Shown here in pieces: positions 9,472 through 19,874 of a stretch of 52,767 nucleotides of DNA; the stretch's first letter is position 1; the number at the start of each line of letters is the position of its first letter. The translations under genes and the position numbers were made by a program. This DNA comes from a virus (Duplodnaviria; Caudoviricetes): the IMG/VR virus record IMGVR_UViG_3300042319_001969, positions 1 through 52,767 of that record. The stretch is one strand, 5' to 3'. The notes beneath the pieces were generated by a model. It was not told the origin of the DNA and made no database searches. It saw only the letters and a program-made list of their open reading frames with translations.

Positions 9472-11574
9472 ATGAGTCATCATGAAATCTTAGCGAACTA
9501 TCAATTTATAATTATTGATAGTTTAGCTAAGGCTAATGAAATTTTAAATAGTCTTCCTACAAACATATCTATTTTAGCTTTTGATACCGAAAGTAATACC
9601 AAAATTGATATGACTAAGTCAGATGGTTCTACTATTGACTTAGGTAATGACTTGCCTATATTATTACAATTTGGATACGACAATGTAGTGTACATCGCAG
9701 ACTTAACAGTTTCTGATGAACTTACAAAGTCTGTATTTAAATTATTTGACGAAATGTGTCTAAGAAGTACGTTTGTGACCGCCCATAACATTAAGTTTGA
9801 CATTAACATGTTGTGGAATAAAGGCTATGTATTTCATACTACTAATGCTTGTGACTCTATGACTGTAGCTAGATTAGCTTTAGAATCTAAAACCGAACGT
9901 GAAGGTGGTTACCCTATGGGTTTAAAACCACTAGCAGCTAGATTATTAGGTTCAGCTTACGCTAATCTAGGCAAACAAGTCGACGCTGAACTTAGCAGAC
10001 TCTGGACTGAAAAGCTTAAACAATTAAGAGATTTACTTAAACCCTATGGGGTATCTAGAGCTCAAATAGATGAAACTCTAAAAGATGTAACAGGTTCTTT
10101 AGAAGAATACTCTTTAGATGTACAAACAATTTGGGTTAACTGGATTATTAATTCTAAAATATCTTATGCAGATTTAGACCGTAAGTTGTTACTTAGCTAT
10201 GCGGGAATGGACGTAATTATTGTTTTAGAGCTATTTAGACTATTACTTCCTAAAATTGCAGACAAAGGTATGTTAAAAGTGCTACGTATGGAAATGAATC
10301 TTATTATGCCATTAGTACGCATGGAACGTACAGGATATGTTGTTGATAAAAAGTATCTTATTCGTTCAAAGCAAGCACTTATATTTGAAATTAATAGTAT
10401 AAAAGCTATTAATGATAAGTTGTTAGGAGTTTCTTTAACACCTAATCAACATGCTGAAATTAAAAAAGCTATTAAAGCTAAATATGCCTATGACTTAGAA
10501 AATACTGATAAAAAGTCTTTACACATTAAAATGATTACTGATAAGACTATGCCTAATGAAGTTAAACAGTATTTAGAAAACGTTATGTATCTAAGAACCT
10601 TAGAAAAGTTTATATCTACGTATATTAATAGTATGCTATATAGACTTAATAACTCTAAAGATAACAAGGTTTATACCCAATTTAACAGTGCCGGTGCAGT
10701 CTCAGGTCGTTTTACTAGCAACTTTCAACAGTTTCCTAAAGAAGCTGTCTATTCAAAACTAGGTAACTTTGAGTTATTTCATCCTCGTAAGATGTTTGTA
10801 ATAGAAAGTAACGAATACCCAGTATTAGCCTATGTTGATTATTCACAAATTGAGTTGCGATTACAAGCAGAGTATACTCACCGCTGTACCCAAGGTCAAG
10901 GCGATGTTAATATGCTTAGAGCTTACATACCATTTAGATGTGTTCAAAAAGATAGTAAATATTATTACGAAGAAGACCTTACTAAAGAATGGACACCTGT
11001 TGACGTACATACTCAAACTACACTTATGGCTTTCCCAGACATTGACCCTAAATCAGATGTATTTAAGAAACTACGTAAAGTAGGTAAGCAAGTTAACTTT
11101 GCTATTATTTACGGAGCTAGTTTAAAGAAAGTACAAGAAACTTTAGCAGATACAGACCCAGACGTAGTTAAAAAATTATACTATGGATTTGGTCAAGCTT
11201 TTAAAGACATTAACGCTTATCGTTTATGGATTAAAAAAGAATATGGGTATAACGGTTATGTTGAAAATCTTAAAGGCCGTAGATACTTTATTGAAGAGCC
11301 TAGAGACGCTTACAAATTAAATAACTATGTTATTCAAGGCAGTGCCGCAGACATTTTAAAAGAAGTAATTTGTAAAATTGATGAGTACTTGCAAAATAAA
11401 AAGAGTAAATTGCAAGCGTGTATTCACGATGAACTTTGTTTTGTAATTCATAAAGATGAGCAAAATATCATACCAGAAATTCAACAAATTATGGAAAACA
11501 CATATAAAGGTATAGTTCCTTTAACAACTGAAGCTTCTATTAGTAAGACAAGTTGGGGAGATAAACATGAGTGA
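9472..11574 (+). CDS. polA: DNA polymerase family A with 3'-5' exonuclease
   Basis: FDTES, HNIKFD, YAGMD; GRFTS, DYSQIELR, KQVNFAIIYG, NYVIQGSAAD, IHDEL. Confidence 0.95.
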   Translation: MSHHEILANYQFIIIDSLAKANEILNSLPTNISILAFDTESNTKIDMTKSDGSTIDLGNDLPILLQFGYDNVVYIADLTVSDELTKSVFKLFDEMCLRSTFVTAHNIKFDINMLWNKGYVFHTTNACDSMTVARLALESKTEREGGYPMGLKPLAARLLGSAYANLGKQVDAELSRLWTEKLKQLRDLLKPYGVSRAQIDETLKDVTGSLEEYSLDVQTIWVNWIINSKISYADLDRKLLLSYAGMDVIIVLELFRLLLPKIADKGMLKVLRMEMNLIMPLVRMERTGYVVDKKYLIRSKQALIFEINSIKAINDKLLGVSLTPNQHAEIKKAIKAKYAYDLENTDKKSLHIKMITDKTMPNEVKQYLENVMYLRTLEKFISTYINSMLYRLNNSKDNKVYTQFNSAGAVSGRFTSNFQQFPKEAVYSKLGNFELFHPRKMFVIESNEYPVLAYVDYSQIELRLQAEYTHRCTQGQGDVNMLRAYIPFRCVQKDSKYYYEEDLTKEWTPVDVHTQTTLMAFPDIDPKSDVFKKLRKVGKQVNFAIIYGASLKKVQETLADTDPDVVKKLYYGFGQAFKDINAYRLWIKKEYGYNGYVENLKGRRYFIEEPRDAYKLNNYVIQGSAADILKEVICKIDEYLQNKKSKLQACIHDELCFVIHKDEQNIIPEIQQIMENTYKGIVPLTTEASISKTSWGDKHE

Positions 11575-12022
11575 TTATCGAAGCGACAAAGCTTACAAAC
11601 GTGAAGCTTGGATTCAAAGAGAACGTAGCTATTGGTCAACTAATAAAATACCTAAATATAATTGCTATAAAAGCGAAATTTATGAGATTGATTTTGGTGA
11701 GAATGTTGGTTCCGAATTATCAGGTAGACACTTGGGACTTGTATTACAAGACTCAAACCCTTATACTGATAGAGTACTAGTAATTCCTTTATCCAGCAAG
11801 ATTGAAGAGTATAACTCTAGGGATACTGTTGAATTCTACATAGGAGGTACTAAAATTACATCTAAAGCGTCGATAGTCGTTAATGAGACTAGATACATTA
11901 GTAAGCTTAGAATCTTTTCAAAGAGTCTGTTGTTTGCTGAACATGTTCAAAAAGGACAAGCAGTTGGAATAGCTATTAATCTTAGCGATGAAAACTATGC
12001 TTATTATGGTACATTTAAATGA
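11567..12022 (+). CDS. PemK/MazF-like endoribonuclease
   Basis: EIYEIDFGENVGSELSGRHLGLVLQ...VLVIPLSS matches the PemK/MazF N-terminal signature. Confidence 0.8.
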   Translation: MSDYRSDKAYKREAWIQRERSYWSTNKIPKYNCYKSEIYEIDFGENVGSELSGRHLGLVLQDSNPYTDRVLVIPLSSKIEEYNSRDTVEFYIGGTKITSKASIVVNETRYISKLRIFSKSLLFAEHVQKGQAVGIAINLSDENYAYYGTFK

Positions 12023-12519
12023 TTACATTATGCGTTATAGACCCTTCTGGTAACTTTAACTCCGGTAAAGGTAAAACAGGCGTATCTTACATTGTATACG
12101 ATGATGAAAAGAATGAATTAATGTGGGACACTCTTAGGTTAGACACAGTGTCTGCTAAAGATTATAAATCGCGTCATGAATACTGGGCAGAAATAATGAA
12201 AAAAGCACATGGTGCTAATCAAGTCATTATTGAGAGTTTCATGATTCGTACGGATGGATTCTTAATGGGAACCATGCCGGAAACCATTATGCTTATTGGA
12301 GCTTTGACTTGGGAATTGGAAAAAGACAAAATACCTTATATATTCCAAACCCCAAGTCAGGCTAAAGTAAGGTTTAAAGATGACATTCTTTTACGAAAAG
12401 TGCCAAATATGACCTATCTTAATAATCGTTATTACTTAAACGGTAAAATGACTAACGACCACGTTAGAGATAGTTTAAAGCATTTGCTATACTATATTAA
12501 TTATGGGAGAACAAAATGA
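12019..12519 (+). CDS. RuvC-like Holliday junction resolvase (RNase H fold)
   Basis: VIDPSG..GKTG, IIESF, TPSQAK, HVRDS. Confidence 0.7.
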   Translation: MITLCVIDPSGNFNSGKGKTGVSYIVYDDEKNELMWDTLRLDTVSAKDYKSRHEYWAEIMKKAHGANQVIIESFMIRTDGFLMGTMPETIMLIGALTWELEKDKIPYIFQTPSQAKVRFKDDILLRKVPNMTYLNNRYYLNGKMTNDHVRDSLKHLLYYINYGRTK

Positions 12520-12692
12520 GTATTAAAGCTAAAAAAGAATGTGTACAGTGTTTATTTTGTAATTTTAAACAATGTAACCCCAGTCTTGTAAAACATTTTA
12601 AAAAAGAGAAAGGTGAAGATAGACACAGCCGTTACGTATGTTCGGGGTGTCTAGATTGGATTGCTTATGCAACAAAAAAAACCGAAGAATAA
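12516..12692 (+). CDS. Small Cys-rich putative metal-binding protein (58 aa; not in the ORF track)
   Basis: ATGA overlap; CVQCLFC..C...CSGC. Confidence 0.65.
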   Translation: MSIKAKKECVQCLFCNFKQCNPSLVKHFKKEKGEDRHSRYVCSGCLDWIAYATKKTEE

Positions 12693-12876
12693 ACTACTTC
12701 CTAAAACCATTAAAATAAATATTTATTGGGTTCCAGATGAAGAAGGTAACGTTATATTAGATGAAGATGCTACTTTTGAAGAATATTCTAATAAAATGGC
12801 AGAGTTGGTAGAAAAATATACTGAAATTAATGAAATTGAATTTGAAGATGAAGTAGGAGAGGGTGGAGGATGTTAA
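12667..12876 (+). CDS. Small acidic hypothetical protein
   Basis: ORF fills the gap; TAATG coupling to the next gene. Confidence 0.6.
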   Translation: MQQKKPKNKLLPKTIKINIYWVPDEEGNVILDEDATFEEYSNKMAELVEKYTEINEIEFEDEVGEGGGC

Positions 12877-13916
12877 TGGATATAACTTTATATAACAGTT
12901 ATGGTATTATAGATAAAGGTTCTGAAATTGAAATAATTCCAGTTCCTAAAGACGAATCTGACTGGAAAAAAGACCGTAAAAAAACTATAGGTGGTTCTGA
13001 AGCAGCAGCTATATTAGGACTTAACAAGTACTCCTCACCGCTTAAAATCTACCGAGCTAAAACCGAAGACAACGAACATGCACAAGACATGCTTGGTAGA
13101 TTGCCTAGTGTTAAAAAAGGTAGAGAATTAGAAGGATGGATTTTAGACAATAAAGTTAAACCTTTATTCCCAGAATACAACCTTATTAAGCCAGACCATA
13201 TGTTTAAAAACATTAACTATCCTTGGTTAATGGGTAACTTAGATGGTATTGGTACTTTAAAAGATAAAACTTACAACGCTTTAAAAGATACTATTGGTAT
13301 TGAAATAAAGTTAATTACCGAATACGGTGAAGCAGCATGGAACGGTCCTGATTACGAAGGTATTCCATCTTATTATTATGTTCAAGTTCAAACATATATG
13401 GCAATTACAGGTATAGAAGTATTTTATGTTTGTGCTATGTTTGAATCTAATTGGGAATTAAAAACTTATAAAATTCCTAAAGATTTAGATTTTATTCATA
13501 TTAGACTATTGCCTGAAACTAAAGATTTTTACAATAATCATTTGTTAATGAATATTCCTCCTACTCCTACTCCATCTATAGATTCTGATGAAATTACTAA
13601 TATTTTACCAGACATCGAAAACACTCCTACTGTATCTAGCGAAGAACTAAATAAGATGTTAGAAGACTATAACTCATTAGATGGTGTTATTAGAGCTTCT
13701 GAACTACGTTTAAACATTTTGAAGGATAACATCGTAACTAAATATATCGAAGGCGCTAGACCTACAGAAACATCTAAATCTATTATATCTTACTCAAAAG
13801 TTACACGACCAGCGTTTGATTCTGCTAAATTTAAAGAAGAAAACCCTGATTTGTATCAAAAATACATTAATCCATCTACTTATGTTAAATGGAATATTAA
13901 AAAATCTAAAAAGTAA
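12876..13916 (+). CDS. YqaJ-like (lambda-exonuclease family) recombination nuclease
   Basis: IGGSEAAAILG.NKY, GRELE, GNLDG, EIK, YYYVQVQTYM. Confidence 0.9.
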   Translation: MDITLYNSYGIIDKGSEIEIIPVPKDESDWKKDRKKTIGGSEAAAILGLNKYSSPLKIYRAKTEDNEHAQDMLGRLPSVKKGRELEGWILDNKVKPLFPEYNLIKPDHMFKNINYPWLMGNLDGIGTLKDKTYNALKDTIGIEIKLITEYGEAAWNGPDYEGIPSYYYVQVQTYMAITGIEVFYVCAMFESNWELKTYKIPKDLDFIHIRLLPETKDFYNNHLLMNIPPTPTPSIDSDEITNILPDIENTPTVSSEELNKMLEDYNSLDGVIRASELRLNILKDNIVTKYIEGARPTETSKSIISYSKVTRPAFDSAKFKEENPDLYQKYINPSTYVKWNIKKSKK

Positions 13917-13925
13917 TAAAACAAA

Positions 13926-13956
13926 GACCCTATGGAGACCCCATAGGGTTTTTTTA
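13926..13956 (+). terminator. Rho-independent terminator between the convergent arms
   Basis: ACCCTATGG/CCATAGGGT stem followed by a T-run. Confidence 0.85.
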
Positions 13957-13993
13957 TTTCTGGTCTCCTTTTACGCCTTTGGGCGGTGAGGAA

Positions 13994-16900
13994 CTATTTC
14001 TTACGCTTCTTGTTGCTAAAATCTGGCTGGAATACTGAAGGTAACACATCAGCCGGTTGTATATTACCTTGTTCTAATTTAGACGGTAATCGTAAAGCAC
14101 TTTGTATTTGACGTTCAAACGGGTTGGCAGACTGTAATAAGTAGCGCATGTAGCTAAAGTTAGGGTCTCCTCGTTTGACGTTTGGCGTATAAACATCTGT
14201 AGTATATGGTCTGTACTTAACATCTTCTGACGGTAATGCTGCTTGAGTCAATATTTTAGTTAGTGGATTTAATCTATATGCTAGGTTAGGAACTGGGTTG
14301 TTTAAAGTATCAAAAGCACTAAATAGTGACCCGTACGGGGTAGGTTTAAATAATGAACCCAAAGCAGGTACTGCTCCACGTCCTTTAGCTTCTGCTAAGA
14401 ACTCATCTTTTTGAGCTGCTTTGTTTTTATCATCCCATAAATTTTCGTGTACGGAAATAACATTATCTATAATTTGAGGATTTTCAATAGCTTTATTTAA
14501 CCAAAAGCCTAAATTCTTAACCATAAAAGTTGGAAATGGAATAACAGTTGATATCCCTGCCATTAAATCTGTAATATTATCATAATTAAAATGAGCAGCG
14601 TTCATACTGTTAGCCGCGTTTTGAAAAGCAATATTTAATTTTTCAGAGTCACCAAATAATGACTTTTTAATACCTGGGCTACGTTTACCTATCTCTTCAA
14701 TAATACCTTCTTCTTTAAGAATGGCTAATATATGAGCTGAACGCATCATGTTTTCAATACTACTAGATGCGGCCATAATTCCATTGTTAATAGGATTATT
14801 AAAAAATAAACCAAAAGTTTTCTTGTTACCATAGATAATTTTTTCAAAAGCATTAGTTTGAACACTGTACTTTGAAATAACATCTACTGCATCTAAACCT
14901 TTTGACAATTCTTGTCCAATTCCATACTGTTCTAAATCAAAAGCCTTAAGTCTATCTAACATTTTCTTAGAAAAGAAATTAGTTACCGTGGTGTCTTGTA
15001 CTCTATTCATTAACATATACAACATTGAAATAGATTTAAATTGTTCAGCTTGTTCTGGAGTAATTAATTTGCTAGAAGCTCCGGCATCTAAATACTCAAA
15101 AAACCGTTTACGAGCTTTTCCATCTTTAATTAACATTTGAGGAGTAAAAAGTTCTCCAGGTTTACCCCAAGTTTTTAAAAAGTTTTCTACGATATCTGTC
15201 ATAGTGTTTTCTAATTTAACAACGTCTATCATAGCACCGGTAGTTTTAATAGATGTTTCTACAAAACTTCTGTCGTATTTAGCACCTAACTCTGTAGCAG
15301 TCTTAAAAAATGCGTCGTTTATATTACCAATTGGAAACGCGGGGTTAGTTAAAACTCCAAATTTAAACGGTAAAGTAAAGTATTTATTAAGTATTAAATA
15401 TGCTTTATTAGATAATATAGCATCTTTTTTAAGTAAACGGTCTAAAGGAGCGTACAAAGTACTAGGTAGTAACACTGCTTCTCCTGTTGAAAATGCTTCT
15501 TCTAAAGCTTTGTCGCTAAATTTGTCTACTCTTTTGAAAGACTTTAACGTACCATCTTTATATACAGGAATTAATACGTCTAGTTGATTAACGTTACCCC
15601 CAACACTTTTAGTAATAGGGTCTACAGCAAATAAAGCCGCTTTTAATTCTTTACTAGAGTTAAACATTTTACTAACTTTAAGATTATCGTTTTCAAATAA
15701 GTTTAAAAATAGTTGATAATTTTTATTAGCTAACACACCTTCTGATAAAGTACCATTCATTATTTTAGCTAAATCGTCGTCTTCAAATAATTTACCAAGT
15801 TCGTTATCTTGGAATAAACTCATAGGCCCTTCGTAAGACCTGCCAGTAAATATACTTCTAAACTTCTTATTTAAGTTTAAATAGTTACCCATAGAATTAG
15901 AATATTTTCCTAACTCTTCAACATTCATTACTACTTGCTTACCTGTTTTATCTAGATAAACAAAACTTCCTAACATTTTCTTACTAAGCTTGTCATTAGC
16001 TACAGCAGTGTGGTGTAAATATGGAGTACCATTTTCTAACAAGGCGTCTAATTCATCTTTATGCCCAAGTTTAGTGACATGTTTTCTAACTTCGTCAATA
16101 CCTTCCGCGTAAGTTTGTTTTAATAAAGCAGCTTCTGCACCTTCTTCAGCAAATGCTTTTGCGCCTTTATTGTTATACCAAAGGATATCTTCGTCAAATA
16201 TAAATTTGCCATCTATTTGAGATTTGGCAATTTTTGTAAAATAATTTTGGAATCCGTCAACGCTTTCGTTTAAAAATATACCAACAATGTTATCTGGGTT
16301 TTCTTTATTTAAAAGCAAAATGTCACCCGTAGCTCCCATTTTACGAGCAGCCTCGTTAACAAGGTTTGCTAATTTTTGTAGTTGTTTACGTAATGCAGCA
16401 CGTTCTGCAGCATCTTTTACCACAGTTAATTTAAAACCGTTAGACTTAATTAAATCTACAAGAACAGTTTGTTTTTTGCTTATATAAGGTTGAGCTTCAT
16501 CCATGCTCTTAATAAATCTTTTAACCATAGGAATATCTTTAATACTAGCTATTTTAGCTATAATTTCTCTAACTTTAGGGTTATCTAAGCTAGCTGAAAA
16601 ATTTTTAGAAACTACATTACTAGAAGTAGTAATAGCTCTAGATAGTCTGCTAAATAAAGTTTCTTTTTTAGTAGTTGTTCTATAAACATCTACTTCTTTA
16701 GCAAAGCTTACTGGAGTAGTAGGATATTGTTGTTTCATTGCTGTTTCAATAGCAGTGTTTAACGCTTCTTCTACTGGTCCCGCTTCTAAAGTTTTTTGTG
16801 CAGCTTTAATAGGGTCTGGTACAGTAGCGTTAGGAACAATTGGAGGTAACTCTTTAGTTGGAGTTGTCAACACTTCGTTGACAGCTTGTGTCAATTTTTC

Positions 16901-19447
16901 TTCAGTAACCTTACTAGGAACAGTTGCTGGATTATAATTACGTTTAACAAATTGTAAAGGACTGACTTGACCAGCAGCAACTTTAGTAGCATCTAATTCG
17001 CTTTTAATTAAAGTTTGAATTTTTTTACCGGTTAAACGGTCAATAACCTCAAGTTCAGGAAAATCTTCTAAAATTTTACGAATAACAGCTTCTTCTTTTT
17101 GAGCAACTGCTAATATTTCTGGAGTTATTTCCACTAATCCACTTCTTATAGCTCTTGTAGCTGCAAAAGGAATACTTTCTAAAAAAGACTTTACTAAAGT
17201 GTTTGGAGGTAAAATATCTCCTATTTCTTTAGAAACAGTTTCAAAAGCATCAGAAGAAAATCCACTTCCTGTCACACTTACAATTTTTTTATTTAAATTA
17301 CTTAAATTGTCTGATAATTCATCTAAAGCAAAAACAATACTTCTAGAAAAATCATCTCCTAAAGATTTACCTTTAGATAAGATTTTTTTAGCATACTTAG
17401 AATTCATTGCTTTAACAAAAGACTCAGTAGAAGCTTTGTAAGCTTCATAAGTATTTAAAATTTCAAAACGTTTACCTGCTTTGCTAACTCTTTTAATTGA
17501 AGGAACTTCTTCTAAAAAAGAAACTTTAATAAAATCGTCTAATCCTTTAACAAAAAAATAAGCTTCATTATATTTAGATATAAAATCAACAGCTTTAGCC
17601 ATTTCAGGGTCTATAATAGATAAATTTTTTATATATTGAGTTCTTGCAACTTTGTTTGTTTTAGGTATTCTATTAAATTCTTTTAGTATTAATTTGTTTT
17701 TGCGTTGGTATTCCCAAGCTTTTTTATAATTAGATATTAAAGAATCTATATCTTTTTCTGCCCAACCAAAAGCTTCAAATATTTTTGTACGAAACTCTTT
17801 AACTCCGACTTTACGTCCTAAAGAAGTTTCTATGTTATTTTTTAAAACAGCAACCCAAGAATCTACATATCTTTTAACAGGAGCATATTGTTTTAAAGGA
17901 TAATATTGACTAGGTCTAACAATAAATCTTTCAGTTCCTCCAGATTTAAGATATGTAAAACTATTTCCTTCAAACTCTTCTAAAATATTTAAAACTTTAT
18001 TTTGAAGAGCTTCTATTTCTGGATAATCTAACACAGAACCATCCCAGTTTTGTTCTACGTATCTATCCCATCCACCTGCTTCTTTAATTTCTTCAAGTAT
18101 AGGACGAATTTCGTCGTCATCTATTTGTTTTAAAGCATCTTCTATTCTATCTGACGTAATAACATTTTGATTTACAAAAGAACCGGAAGGAGCGGTGAGA
18201 GGCATTCCTTGACCTCCTTCAACACCTTTTATTCCCATAACAACGTTACGCCCACCAATGTTTTCAACTTCGGTATATTTACCAATGTTTTTAACTTGGC
18301 TTTCCATTGTAGGCGCACCTAAATCTTGAACTTCTTTAACAGCATCTTCGTATGTTGTAAGTTCAGGAACATTTTTAGCAACAGGTTCAACTACGCTATC
18401 TGTAACCTTAGGTTTAGCTTCTAGTTTAGCAACAGCATCTGCTACTTCTTCAACAGCAGGGTTAACAACATCTTTAGGTTTATAAGATTGTTTAACTTTT
18501 TCAACCCCATTTTCTACAAATTGTGTCAAATTATCTTTAGGAGCAACAGGTGCTGCTGCAACCTTAGGTGCTTTTTTAAGTCCTTCTTGAACTGTTTTAG
18601 CATTTTTAACAACAGGAGTGCCTTGAGGTAATAGTTCTTTACGAATAATAGGCGCTGGGATATCAGGGCCTTTAGGTTTAAAAGTATCTGCAACAGTTTT
18701 AGCTGTAGAATCTTTAGTAGTTACGTTTACAACGTCTTTAGATTTATCCCAATTTAATATTTGTCCGGCTTTACCTAAAAACTTTTTAGCAGCAAAAGTA
18801 GAACCTGGGGCTACTGCATTCCAAGCTAACATAGCCGCTGCATCATCATAGTCAGACATTAATTGTCCAACTTGACCTAAGTTTTTAATAATAGGTTTAG
18901 TAGATTTAGTTCCAATTCTTGCTAAAGTACTACCAAGAATACCTGGGTCAGTAGCTAAATCAATAGCTAATCCACCAAGAGTAGGTAAAAGTCCTTTTAA
19001 ATCTTCATCTGTTATTTGTTTATTAGGGTCTTTACGAGATTGATTGAGTAAATTTTTAATTAACTCTTTACCTTCATAAGGCCTATCTTCTAAAAATATT
19101 TGTTCTATAGGATTATTAAATCCAGTAGGGTCTGTAGCTTCTATTAACGTTCCTAACAAAGCGTCGTCTGCTTTATCTAATGAACGACCAAAATATCCAA
19201 GCACACCCATTGCAGGTCCAAGAATACCTTTACCTTGTTTATTTCCCCAAGCATTAGTTATGCCTTCAATATACCCTGCTGGAATATTTAAAATGCTAGG
19301 TCCGTATTTATTACTTAAATACTCTCTAGCAGCTTTATTAAATATAGGGTCAAACATGTCATCAATATAATACCCGGGTGTAGATGTTACACCTTGAGGT
19401 CCTTCTTGAAGACGTGGAATTATTTCATTAAATTTATTAATAGCCAT
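13994..19447 (-). CDS. Large virion protein, probable internal core/ejection protein (1817 aa)
   Basis: Largest ORF, at the end of the structural arm, position typical of podovirus ejection proteins; no catalytic motif recognised. Confidence 0.6.
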   Translation of the reverse strand: MAINKFNEIIPRLQEGPQGVTSTPGYYIDDMFDPIFNKAAREYLSNKYGPSILNIPAGYIEGITNAWGNKQGKGILGPAMGVLGYFGRSLDKADDALLGTLIEATDPTGFNNPIEQIFLEDRPYEGKELIKNLLNQSRKDPNKQITDEDLKGLLPTLGGLAIDLATDPGILGSTLARIGTKSTKPIIKNLGQVGQLMSDYDDAAAMLAWNAVAPGSTFAAKKFLGKAGQILNWDKSKDVVNVTTKDSTAKTVADTFKPKGPDIPAPIIRKELLPQGTPVVKNAKTVQEGLKKAPKVAAAPVAPKDNLTQFVENGVEKVKQSYKPKDVVNPAVEEVADAVAKLEAKPKVTDSVVEPVAKNVPELTTYEDAVKEVQDLGAPTMESQVKNIGKYTEVENIGGRNVVMGIKGVEGGQGMPLTAPSGSFVNQNVITSDRIEDALKQIDDDEIRPILEEIKEAGGWDRYVEQNWDGSVLDYPEIEALQNKVLNILEEFEGNSFTYLKSGGTERFIVRPSQYYPLKQYAPVKRYVDSWVAVLKNNIETSLGRKVGVKEFRTKIFEAFGWAEKDIDSLISNYKKAWEYQRKNKLILKEFNRIPKTNKVARTQYIKNLSIIDPEMAKAVDFISKYNEAYFFVKGLDDFIKVSFLEEVPSIKRVSKAGKRFEILNTYEAYKASTESFVKAMNSKYAKKILSKGKSLGDDFSRSIVFALDELSDNLSNLNKKIVSVTGSGFSSDAFETVSKEIGDILPPNTLVKSFLESIPFAATRAIRSGLVEITPEILAVAQKEEAVIRKILEDFPELEVIDRLTGKKIQTLIKSELDATKVAAGQVSPLQFVKRNYNPATVPSKVTEEKLTQAVNEVLTTPTKELPPIVPNATVPDPIKAAQKTLEAGPVEEALNTAIETAMKQQYPTTPVSFAKEVDVYRTTTKKETLFSRLSRAITTSSNVVSKNFSASLDNPKVREIIAKIASIKDIPMVKRFIKSMDEAQPYISKKQTVLVDLIKSNGFKLTVVKDAAERAALRKQLQKLANLVNEAARKMGATGDILLLNKENPDNIVGIFLNESVDGFQNYFTKIAKSQIDGKFIFDEDILWYNNKGAKAFAEEGAEAALLKQTYAEGIDEVRKHVTKLGHKDELDALLENGTPYLHHTAVANDKLSKKMLGSFVYLDKTGKQVVMNVEELGKYSNSMGNYLNLNKKFRSIFTGRSYEGPMSLFQDNELGKLFEDDDLAKIMNGTLSEGVLANKNYQLFLNLFENDNLKVSKMFNSSKELKAALFAVDPITKSVGGNVNQLDVLIPVYKDGTLKSFKRVDKFSDKALEEAFSTGEAVLLPSTLYAPLDRLLKKDAILSNKAYLILNKYFTLPFKFGVLTNPAFPIGNINDAFFKTATELGAKYDRSFVETSIKTTGAMIDVVKLENTMTDIVENFLKTWGKPGELFTPQMLIKDGKARKRFFEYLDAGASSKLITPEQAEQFKSISMLYMLMNRVQDTTVTNFFSKKMLDRLKAFDLEQYGIGQELSKGLDAVDVISKYSVQTNAFEKIIYGNKKTFGLFFNNPINNGIMAASSSIENMMRSAHILAILKEEGIIEEIGKRSPGIKKSLFGDSEKLNIAFQNAANSMNAAHFNYDNITDLMAGISTVIPFPTFMVKNLGFWLNKAIENPQIIDNVISVHENLWDDKNKAAQKDEFLAEAKGRGAVPALGSLFKPTPYGSLFSAFDTLNNPVPNLAYRLNPLTKILTQAALPSEDVKYRPYTTDVYTPNVKRGDPNFSYMRYLLQSANPFERQIQSALRLPSKLEQGNIQPADVLPSVFQPDFSNKKRKK

Positions 19448-19453
19448 AATCTA

Positions 19454-19482
19454 ATTATACATTATTTGTATAATTTTGTCAA
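19454..19482 (-). promoter_or_regulatory. Consensus sigma70/sigmaA promoter, probably giving a leaderless mRNA
   Basis: TTGACA-N17-TATAAT with only 6 nt before the ATG at 19447. Confidence 0.85.
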
Positions 19483-19488
19483 TGGATA

Positions 19489-19851
19489 TTAGATATTTCC
19501 GCCTTGAGGCATCTGAGGCATTCCTTGTTGTTTCATTAAAAGTGTTTTTAATAACTCTTCGCCCATTTCAGGCATTTCTTCTTGTTCGCCTTGTAACATT
19601 CGTAATAATGCTGCAATTCCTAAACCACCAGCTCCTGCTGCTGCCCCTGCACCAATACCACCTGCGGCCATTGGATTAGCAGTAGCAAACTTAGAAACTC
19701 CAGTTAAAGCTGGGCCTGCAATGTCTCGTAAACCACGAGCTCCTTGACCGACCATACCGCCAGCGCCTTTAAGCAAACCTTTACCAGCTTCCATAGCTGG
19801 GCCTGCTCCTTGTTTTAACATATTAATTAATTGCATTAATTGTGCGTTCAT
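19489..19851 (-). CDS. Gly/Ala/Met-rich protein, probable ejection protein
   Basis: 120 aa, hydrophobic Gly-rich stretch, SD AGGA. Confidence 0.6.
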   Translation of the reverse strand: MNAQLMQLINMLKQGAGPAMEAGKGLLKGAGGMVGQGARGLRDIAGPALTGVSKFATANPMAAGGIGAGAAAGAGGLGIAALLRMLQGEQEEMPEMGEELLKTLLMKQQGMPQMPQGGNI

Positions 19852-19874
19852 ATTAAATTCCTATATAGAATTGC

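Noticed and set aside
15204-17441. Several + strand ORFs antisense to the 1817-aa gene (and similar antisense ORFs at 23690, 26708, 27848, 28452, 34080, 46680, 47568)
   Set aside because: Shadow ORFs opposite long genes, with no SD and no recognisable motifs.
13994-19447. Virion RNA polymerase as in N4 or crAss-like phages
   Set aside because: No DxDGD or T7-type polymerase motifs were recognised; a remote-homology search would be needed to exclude it fully.
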